Shown: piece after piece, positions 35,511 to 42,950 of the stretch
Layout: every line of letters begins with the position of its first letter
Numbering within the stretch: the first letter of the stretch is position 1
IMG/VR virus record: IMGVR_UViG_3300021958_011541
Coordinates: 1 to 64,000 of that record
Direction: 5' to 3' (one strand)
DNA length: 64,000 nt
Origin: a virus
Taxonomy: Duplodnaviria; Caudoviricetes
Position numbers and translations under genes: made by a program
The notes under the pieces: model-generated
Databases searched by the model: none
What the model was told of the DNA's origin: nothing
Seen by the model: only the letters and a program-made list of their open reading frames with translations

Positions 35511-36188
35511 ATGGTAATTAAAGATTTTAATAAAAATAATATAATTTTTGTACATGTCCCTAAAACTGCAGGAGGTACAGTTGAAAATATAATACTAAAT
35601 GAATATTTTAAATATAAAAATCATGAAAATCATGACTTAACTGAAGAAAGAAAAGCTTTACATAGTCTTAATAAAAAATGGACTCAGCATGATACTATCA
35701 CAGAAATAATTAGTTCTAGGAAAATTTATAATCCAGAAGATTATTTTAAGTTCGCTTTTGTTAGGAACCCTTGGGATAGAGTGGTGAGTGAGTTTTTATA
35801 TGTTAAAAACCAAGGAGGTTGCGCATGTAGAGGAAATATAAGAAGAATGCCTAAGAATTTTACAGAATACATTAAGCAAAACTTTAAATGCAGTTGGAGA
35901 AACCATGTAATCCCTCAGTATAAATTTATATATAATTCAAAAAATGAAATCAAGGTTGATTTTATTGGGAGGTTTGAAAATCTTGAAGAAGATATTAAAA
36001 AAGTTTTAAGAACGTTGAATATAAACGAGCCTTACGAGCTACCGAAAGTTAATCAGTCTAGAAATTTAAAACAAAAATTAATTAAACCATACTGGTTATA
36101 TTACGATAAAGAAACAAAAGAAATTGTTGAGGATAAGTTTAAAAAAGATATTAAACTTTTTGGATATCATTTTGAATCTCCAAATTAG
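35511..36188 (+). CDS. Sulfotransfer_2-family sulfotransferase (counter-oriented)
   Basis: FVHVPKTAGGT, FVRNPWDRVVS, DFIGRFENL. Confidence 0.9.
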   Translation: MVIKDFNKNNIIFVHVPKTAGGTVENIILNEYFKYKNHENHDLTEERKALHSLNKKWTQHDTITEIISSRKIYNPEDYFKFAFVRNPWDRVVSEFLYVKNQGGCACRGNIRRMPKNFTEYIKQNFKCSWRNHVIPQYKFIYNSKNEIKVDFIGRFENLEEDIKKVLRTLNINEPYELPKVNQSRNLKQKLIKPYWLYYDKETKEIVEDKFKKDIKLFGYHFESPN

Positions 36189-38673
36189 TATTTTCAAAAT
36201 CTTTATACTCTATAAAATCTGAATCTATTGCGCTCAAATTTGTAGACCTTACCCAACCTAGCTGCTTGATGTCGTCAAATAATAAATATAAGATATTGCC
36301 TAAGGTAAAATTAAAATTAAAATCTTGATTAACTAAAGATTTGATTTTGTGTTTATTGTCAAAAAGAAACCTTAGTAAAGAAACTGCTTGATCTGAATTG
36401 CAGCTAAAAAAATTAGCATAATGAGAGTCCATAAAATGGAAAATTGAATCTGGCTCCCAAGCTTGAAAGGTTTTGTTATATATAAAGGGCTGAGAAAAAT
36501 AAAAAGGTTCCGAGGAATTCAATTCTGCAGCTGCAATCAAAGGATAAAAAGATTCGATTTCAAAGTTATTGAAACTGGAATCACTAAGATTTAAGACTTT
36601 TTCCTCTGAGCCTACTGTATAGTTTATAAGATTACTTGACAAATATTTTGCAAATAACTTTAATTCAGGCAGCAATAAAGAATTTAAAACAGAAGATTCT
36701 TTTTTAATTAAAGCATTAAACCCTTTACTTTCCCAAGATGACATCCAAGAATTAACAAGATCTTTTCTTGCAAAAGATTCCGAAATAAAAGTAAAAATAG
36801 TTAACTGTCTAGAGCTTAATTCAAAATCAAATAAATTACTTTTAACCGATCGGTTTTTATAAAATAAATCTATTTTAGGATCTTTAGGAATAAATGTTGC
36901 ATATAATAAGTCGTCAAAAAATACTCTACCTTTAAAATATTCTCCAAGATTAATGTTTTTATTTTTTTTATAAATATATCCTTCTAAATCTTTTTGAGAT
37001 AATGAAACTAAATGCTGCGATTTGAGTGAGTATTTACTGTTTTTTTGAAAAAAAGAAATTGGACGATCAATGCCAAATGTTTTTTTAAAAGAAGTTGTTA
37101 GAAGATCATCTGTTTGAGAGATGTCAAATAAAGAAAATTCTTCTAAAATTCTTATAGCTTCTTCGTAATGAAAAAACTCTATTTCAGAAGGTTTAACTAC
37201 ATTTGTTAAGGTTCTTATTAAAAAACTGTCTGGTAATTGATTAGAATTTAAAAAATTAATAAACGATTCTTTTGAGGACGTTGTTGGATTTAGTTTTTCG
37301 GTATACAGTGACTTTGTTTTATCAAAAGACTTTCTTAACACCGCATAGAAGTCAAGATTGTAACCAAAAAAGTTTTCTTTAATAAATAAACTTAATAAAG
37401 TTCTAAAATTATTACTATGAGTAAAAGGGTCGTTACATATTAATATCGGCCTAACAAATTCTTTTATTTCTGCATAAACTGTCCTGAATTGAGCTGGAGT
37501 TAATTCCGCAGTAGCGCTTTTAAAGCCCCTCTTAAAAGACTCGATTAGCCTGTTTGACATAAAAAAAAAGTCACATACTGTATGCTTTTTAGTTTTTGGT
37601 ATTGGTACTTTAATTTTTAAGAAATAAGGGACTGGGTAGGCATCTTGTATGTAATTGCTAGTTAAGGCTATGCTTGCTGTAATTGAATTTATTAGCCAAT
37701 TTCCTGCACCTCTCGGCTGCCTTAAAAGAAACATGCAAGACTCTGGATAGTTCTTGGAGCTAAATAAACCTTTGAATTCGTCTTCAACATATTTTCTCCT
37801 GAATTTCTGAAGATTTTGATATTTTTTTTGATGAATAATAATTGTATTAGGGTGATTATCTAGAATATTTTTTTCTGATAAATAATAGTCATTAGGATCG
37901 CTAACGTTAGTTATGAAATCCGTGTTAATAAAAGGGTTTTTATGATTAATTACGCTCTTTCCTTTATGAGTTTGTAAAAATTTATAAAGTAAAATATCAA
38001 AATTAATGCACCAGTCTGATTCATTGATAACCGTAGAATTATAATCTTTGCAAGATTTGACAAAATCTAAAAGCCGCTTGTCGTTTTTATAGATTCCTAT
38101 TCCATTTAAGTGATCTTTATAATTAAGTACGTAGTGCCACTTTTGGTGGCCTTTGTATTTACTCCCAGCAATTAAAAAATCTTTTTCATCTACATAATCA
38201 AACATATGATCAAACCAATAATCTTGGCAAGGCCTACTATCATGTTCTACCATAAAGAAGTAATCATGCTTATATCTAGAAAAAAGAATCTCTATAGCTA
38301 AATAAAAACCTAAATTTGGACCAGACGCTCCCCCTAAGGCAGGAAGAAATTCAGGCATTTTAACTTGAGTATATTCGATTTTTTCTAATTCATTAGAAAA
38401 TCTAAGGCTGTGTTGCCTGATGTAAACATCTTCTTTTTCTGGTATTTTTTCATTAATTAAATAAATTTTATTAATATTTGGATGTCCCTCATAAATTAAA
38501 AGGTCTTTATAATTTTCTTCTTCTCCTCTATTAAACATAAAAAACCAATCGAATTTATATTTAGAAGAGGGAACCTTTATTAAATAATTTTCTAAAAGCT
38601 CTTGAAGCTTGCCTTCTGCGTGTTCGAAATGAGTGCAGGGGTCAAAGATGGCGATTTTAGCAGTGTAGTCCAT
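36151..38673 (-). CDS. Multidomain glycan-related protein (N-terminal GT-A-like domain)
   Basis: FFMVEHD, LIAGSKYKG, HLNGIGIY, INFDI; central QPRGAG..DSF.IR region weakly sulfotransferase-like. Confidence 0.55.
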   Translation of the reverse strand: MDYTAKIAIFDPCTHFEHAEGKLQELLENYLIKVPSSKYKFDWFFMFNRGEEENYKDLLIYEGHPNINKIYLINEKIPEKEDVYIRQHSLRFSNELEKIEYTQVKMPEFLPALGGASGPNLGFYLAIEILFSRYKHDYFFMVEHDSRPCQDYWFDHMFDYVDEKDFLIAGSKYKGHQKWHYVLNYKDHLNGIGIYKNDKRLLDFVKSCKDYNSTVINESDWCINFDILLYKFLQTHKGKSVINHKNPFINTDFITNVSDPNDYYLSEKNILDNHPNTIIIHQKKYQNLQKFRRKYVEDEFKGLFSSKNYPESCMFLLRQPRGAGNWLINSITASIALTSNYIQDAYPVPYFLKIKVPIPKTKKHTVCDFFFMSNRLIESFKRGFKSATAELTPAQFRTVYAEIKEFVRPILICNDPFTHSNNFRTLLSLFIKENFFGYNLDFYAVLRKSFDKTKSLYTEKLNPTTSSKESFINFLNSNQLPDSFLIRTLTNVVKPSEIEFFHYEEAIRILEEFSLFDISQTDDLLTTSFKKTFGIDRPISFFQKNSKYSLKSQHLVSLSQKDLEGYIYKKNKNINLGEYFKGRVFFDDLLYATFIPKDPKIDLFYKNRSVKSNLFDFELSSRQLTIFTFISESFARKDLVNSWMSSWESKGFNALIKKESSVLNSLLLPELKLFAKYLSSNLINYTVGSEEKVLNLSDSSFNNFEIESFYPLIAAAELNSSEPFYFSQPFIYNKTFQAWEPDSIFHFMDSHYANFFSCNSDQAVSLLRFLFDNKHKIKSLVNQDFNFNFTLGNILYLLFDDIKQLGWVRSTNLSAIDSDFIEYKDFENTNLEIQNDIQKV

Positions 38674-38687
38674 GATTATAATATACT

Positions 38688-39008
38688 TTATTCGTGCTTT
38701 TTAAAAGAATTGATTGAAGAAATTAAAAAATTTAAATTTTCATAACAAATTCTATCTACATTTATATTACAAGAAGTTGTTCCTATTGTAAAACCATGTT
38801 CTTTTTCATGGTTTAAAATTAAATCATCAACAAAATCAAAAGCTCCATAGTTTTTTAACCAATCTCTATAAAAAGTTCTAGTACCTGATTCACACTTTAA
38901 TAAAACAATATCAAATGCAAAACACTTTGCATACAAAGTTAAATCTCTAAAACAATAAACTTTACTAGGTGGAGCAGATAAACTTGAATCTATAATTAAC
39001 TGACTCAA
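38688..39008 (-). CDS. Hypothetical protein
   Basis: Packed ORF. Confidence 0.5.
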   Translation of the reverse strand: MSQLIIDSSLSAPPSKVYCFRDLTLYAKCFAFDIVLLKCESGTRTFYRDWLKNYGAFDFVDDLILNHEKEHGFTIGTTSCNINVDRICYENLNFLISSINSFKKHE

Positions 39009-39016
39009 GCCTAGAA

Positions 39017-39448
39017 TTAATTTTCGTATGTTTTATCTATATTAAAATCTAGGTTCTCTGAAATCTCTAATTGAGTTAAAGGTTTAAACCAAAGAGATAT
39101 ATTATAATCTTTCTTTCTTAAACTTCCAAGGTCAGACTGGAAGAAATTAATATTGGACTCTGATATAGAGATTGATCTATACTCAGGTTGCTCGAAGGCT
39201 ATATAGTCAGAAAGTCTTTCAAGCATATTCCATATTAAATATCTACTATCTTGATTTGGATTGTCTGTATCAACTTTATCAACTTCATATTTAAAGTCGC
39301 AAGCAGGAATAAATATTCCAGATTCATTTGCTCCTAGAGTTAGCGTTTCTCCAGAATTAAGAAACTGGGCTGGGTGGTGTTCATCACTTGTTAAAGCAGA
39401 TCCCGACCAACCAGGAAACAACTCGGCTACATCATATATACTTGGCAT
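39017..39448 (-). CDS. Hypothetical protein, paralogue of 20527-20910
   Basis: Shared motifs (see findings). Confidence 0.6.
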   Translation of the reverse strand: MPSIYDVAELFPGWSGSALTSDEHHPAQFLNSGETLTLGANESGIFIPACDFKYEVDKVDTDNPNQDSRYLIWNMLERLSDYIAFEQPEYRSISISESNINFFQSDLGSLRKKDYNISLWFKPLTQLEISENLDFNIDKTYEN

Positions 39449-39450
39449 AA

Positions 39451-40152
39451 TTAATCATCTTTCTTTTGTTGGGCTTTTTTCCATGATTTTGGATCTGGTC
39501 GATCTTTATCTCCAGGCTTTGCGGCTTTATATTTTTTGCCCATTCTTTTTTTCTTGTCTCTGATATTATCCCATAATCCTCGTTTTGCTTCTGACTCTTC
39601 GCTTTTTTCTTCTTTTTTGTTGGAATATTTTTTGTCGGCATCTTTTTTATTAGGAGTTTTTTTGTCTTTGCTTTGATTTTTTAGAATTTTTTTCTGTACT
39701 GCAGGTGGTAATTTTTTTTGTTGTTCTGTAAGCTCTCCTTCTGATTCATCTAGAAATGCGAGGACTTCTTCATCTGTCATATCTGAACCTTTGGTGATCT
39801 TATTGACACTTTTTCCTGACCACATTCTGCAACTCCAGTATCTAGCTTTCCATTTTGGGCCAGGGTTGCTGCAGTTGTGGCGAGCTCTAAAAGATTTTTT
39901 TCTTTCGGGGTTGTCTCGCTTTATAGACATATTCGGGTCTCCAAAATTTACTTTAACTACATTGCCTTTATCGTTTTTAACATAAACAGAAAATTTCTTT
40001 GGTCCTCCAGAGGTTCTAAAAGGTTTATTTAATGCTTTACCTTTATTTTTTTCTTCTGCCCATGCTTCAAAACTGACTTCTGTTTCTAGGCCTTCAGTTT
40101 CGCATGCGTAGCACTCCATATATTTTATTTCTTCTGAAAAGTCTAATTCCAT
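39451..40152 (-). CDS. Modular basic phage protein
   Basis: CxxC N-terminus; KKFSVYVKN..VNFGDP..RKKSFRARHNC..KARYWSCRMW module; C-terminal GLWDNIRDKKKR module; GTGTA 14 nt upstream. Confidence 0.7.
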   Translation of the reverse strand: MELDFSEEIKYMECYACETEGLETEVSFEAWAEEKNKGKALNKPFRTSGGPKKFSVYVKNDKGNVVKVNFGDPNMSIKRDNPERKKSFRARHNCSNPGPKWKARYWSCRMWSGKSVNKITKGSDMTDEEVLAFLDESEGELTEQQKKLPPAVQKKILKNQSKDKKTPNKKDADKKYSNKKEEKSEESEAKRGLWDNIRDKKKRMGKKYKAAKPGDKDRPDPKSWKKAQQKKDD

Positions 40153-40185
40153 AAACTATTATACACGAAAAAAAGAATGTTTGTG

Positions 40186-40213
40186 CAAAAAAAAAGCCGC
40201 CCGAAGGCGGCTT
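40186..40213 (-). terminator. Rho-independent terminator
   Basis: AAGCCGCC-TTCG-GGCGGCTT followed by a long T tract. Confidence 0.9.
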
Positions 40214-40235
40214 AAAAAGTAATTATTAAATTTAA

Positions 40236-40478
40236 TTACTTGCTTTTGCAGCAGTTTTTGTTGAGTAGACCAACAATAAGTAGTAAAGTTACTAAACCTG
40301 CCAGACTTGCTCCTGGACCGACAAAGCCGCTAACAATGCTTTGTAGGTTGCCAATGACATTCATACCTGCAGCTTCACCGAAAACTACTTGAGCTACGAT
40401 AAGTAAGCCTACGATTGATACGAGTAATCCGAAAAGACCAGTAATTGCGGTCTTGAGTGTGTTAATGATATTATCCAT
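40236..40478 (-). CDS. Small multi-TM membrane protein
   Basis: Almost entirely hydrophobic, 80 aa. Confidence 0.75.
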   Translation of the reverse strand: MDNIINTLKTAITGLFGLLVSIVGLLIVAQVVFGEAAGMNVIGNLQSIVSGFVGPGASLAGLVTLLLIVGLLNKNCCKSK

Positions 40479-40497
40479 GATATTATTATTGTTTTGA

Positions 40498-41148
40498 TTA
40501 GAAATTTACATTAAGAGCGATTCCAAATACATTATCTTCAGCAGAAAGATCTGAATCTACGTAGTCGTAGGTTAACTCAATATCTGCTGAGTCAGAAATG
40601 CTTACAGATGTACCTGCGCTAAGTACGTAATATGTTTCATCTGTGGATTCTGTAATATCTGTATAACCATATAAAGCTCCAAAGCTTAATGTTAGATCTT
40701 TTAAAGTTACATCGTGAGAAACTGACCCTTCAAAAGTATAAAGGTCATCATCAGTATCTCTAGCAACATAAAGACCAGGATTAAGTGCAGAGTTGATGCC
40801 AACTTCTGCGGCAACATCTAGATCTGCATCCCCATTAAGCGTTTCAAAATGCTCAAGTCCAACATAAACATTGAGAAGTTCTCCTAGCTGTGTTCCTGCA
40901 CCGCCTTTAATAAGATATGTGTCTTCTTCAGCTCCAGTTGGCTGGTTAGAGAAAACAGATCCGCTTAACCGTAGCCCAGACACATCCGCTGAATAACCTA
41001 CAGACGCTTGAAGAGCTTCTGCTGAAACAAGAGCTCCTCTTCGCACATAGTCCGAGGAATAACCCAAGGAAAGTGCTCCTGCGCCAAGCAGGGATACGTT
41101 AGAAATCAAGGCCAAAAAGGCCGTAAGAATAGTTGTTTTTGTTTTCAT
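40498..41148 (-). CDS. Outer-membrane beta-barrel protein (TorF/TIGR02001-like putative porin)
   Basis: Signal peptide, YSSDYVRRG, alternating beta-strands, C-terminal Phe (IALNVNF). Confidence 0.7.
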   Translation of the reverse strand: MKTKTTILTAFLALISNVSLLGAGALSLGYSSDYVRRGALVSAEALQASVGYSADVSGLRLSGSVFSNQPTGAEEDTYLIKGGAGTQLGELLNVYVGLEHFETLNGDADLDVAAEVGINSALNPGLYVARDTDDDLYTFEGSVSHDVTLKDLTLSFGALYGYTDITESTDETYYVLSAGTSVSISDSADIELTYDYVDSDLSAEDNVFGIALNVNF

Positions 41149-41183
41149 AATAAAAATAAAGTAATATGTTATACTTTAAAAAA

Positions 41184-41600
41184 TTAATTTCTATTTTTTA
41201 TATAACTTTTTATAACTTTTATAATTTCTTCATCTATGGGTTCTATAGTATGAAGATGTTCTATTAAAAATGTTCCTTGTTCTGTATGCTCCTCATCTAA
41301 AACTACTTCTGGAATTGAATCAAGTTCTACAACAAACAAATGAAAATCTTTATTGTATTGTTCGTTTATAGTTCTTAAAATAGTCTTATTAAACTTAAAA
41401 AGTTCTATAGGTAAATCAATTTCAGATTCTTCATATAGTTCTCGTTTGGCTGCTTGAGCTGGAGTTTCTCCTTGTTCAATAGCACCTGCAAATGGAGACC
41501 AAAAACCTCCGTACGGCAATCTCTGACCTTCAAAAAACTCAGCCCGCTTACATAACAAGACTAAATCTCCAGAAATTAAAACTACCCCCGCAGCAGACAT
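41184..41600 (-). CDS. NUDIX hydrolase
   Basis: GAIEQGETPAQAAKRELYEESEI. Confidence 0.9.
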   Translation of the reverse strand: MSAAGVVLISGDLVLLCKRAEFFEGQRLPYGGFWSPFAGAIEQGETPAQAAKRELYEESEIDLPIELFKFNKTILRTINEQYNKDFHLFVVELDSIPEVVLDEEHTEQGTFLIEHLHTIEPIDEEIIKVIKSYIKNRN

Positions 41601-42613
41601 TAGAAATCGTCTTCTAGAGAACCGCTTTGTTGGTACTCTCTGACTCTTCTTTCAAAAAAGTTGCCCATAGCTTGTACATCAACAACTTCTCCTAGCCATG
41701 GAAATGGATTATTATCACTTGGGAACCTATAATCTAAACCAATTGCTTCAAGCCTTCGATTGCCAATGTAATGCATGTAATCTACAAACATATCAGCGTT
41801 TAAACCTAAGATTCCAGTCGGTAATACATCATGTGCATATTTAATCTCTAACTCAACAGCTTTTTTAATGTGTTCTACGAATTCTTCTTGAATAGCTTTA
41901 GTCCATATAGAAGGGTTCTGCTCAATTAAAGTATTAATCAAGTAAGTTCCGAAAGCAATATGAGAACTTTCATCTCTCAAGGTATATTTGATTTGATCTG
42001 AAATGCCTTGAAGTTTATTTTGTCTACCCAAAGCAAGCAGCATAGCAAAACCACTAAAGAAAAACGTTCCCTCGCAAACAATCCAATAAGTTAAAAAGTT
42101 TCTTAAAATTTCTTGTTTGCCTTCTTTAGAATGAGGGTTAAAGTCTTGTCTACTGATATCATTCGTAATCTCCATCAAGAAATCATCTTTAGCTTTAATA
42201 CTAGGGATAGTTTCATAAGCGGCAAACACTTCATCTATATCTAAATCTAGACTGTCGCAGATATATACAATAGTTAAATTGTGAAGACTCTCTTCAAATG
42301 CTTGGCGCAAGATATACTGACGGCACTCAGCGTCTGTAATATACTTAAAGGCGCTAAGCAAAAGATTATTACCAACCAAAGACTCAGATCCAGCGAAAAA
42401 CCCAAGACAGCGTTTAACAAGTAATTTTTCATCATCTGTAATTTCATTGTTTTTCCATTGTTTGATATCGTTTTGCATAGAAATTTCTGTTGGCATCCAA
42501 TTGTTTGCACAACTTTTTAGAAATAAGTCCCATGCATATTTGTGTTTGTGGGGGAGTATGCGGTTTACTCCTGCGATATTTTTAGTTAAAAGTTCTCCTG
42601 TTTTGTCATTCAT
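41600..42613 (-). CDS. nrdB: Ribonucleotide reductase beta subunit, class Ic (R2c)-like
   Basis: Ligands E77, E108, H111, E181, E215, H218; Ile115 at the radical-Tyr position. Confidence 0.92.
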   Translation of the reverse strand: MNDKTGELLTKNIAGVNRILPHKHKYAWDLFLKSCANNWMPTEISMQNDIKQWKNNEITDDEKLLVKRCLGFFAGSESLVGNNLLLSAFKYITDAECRQYILRQAFEESLHNLTIVYICDSLDLDIDEVFAAYETIPSIKAKDDFLMEITNDISRQDFNPHSKEGKQEILRNFLTYWIVCEGTFFFSGFAMLLALGRQNKLQGISDQIKYTLRDESSHIAFGTYLINTLIEQNPSIWTKAIQEEFVEHIKKAVELEIKYAHDVLPTGILGLNADMFVDYMHYIGNRRLEAIGLDYRFPSDNNPFPWLGEVVDVQAMGNFFERRVREYQQSGSLEDDF

Positions 42614-42664
42614 ATCTATATATAACGATCATAACATAAATAAGGACCAAAAACAAGAAAAAAA

Positions 42665-42925
42665 TTAAGCTTTAATTCCTGTTACAGTTGTAGGTCTGAA
42701 GCCTGCATCATAGGTATCGTTGATTGCAGTTAATTCAGTGGTCATTCCAAAATTATACAACTTACTAAATAATTCTCTACCCGTATGATTTTTATAATAA
42801 ATCTCGTCTTCAACTCTATTTGCTAAGAGAACGGTTTTTATACTGTTTTTCCACGTGGATAAATTGGATTGTAGTTCCGCTTTTGTTGCGGAATGTATTT
42901 TATTATTTAGTTCAACTAGATCCAT
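42665..42925 (-). CDS. Hypothetical protein
   Basis: GTGTA motif 15 nt upstream. Confidence 0.55.
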   Translation of the reverse strand: MDLVELNNKIHSATKAELQSNLSTWKNSIKTVLLANRVEDEIYYKNHTGRELFSKLYNFGMTTELTAINDTYDAGFRPTTVTGIKA

Positions 42926-42950
42926 CTATTATATATACACGTATTTTTAT

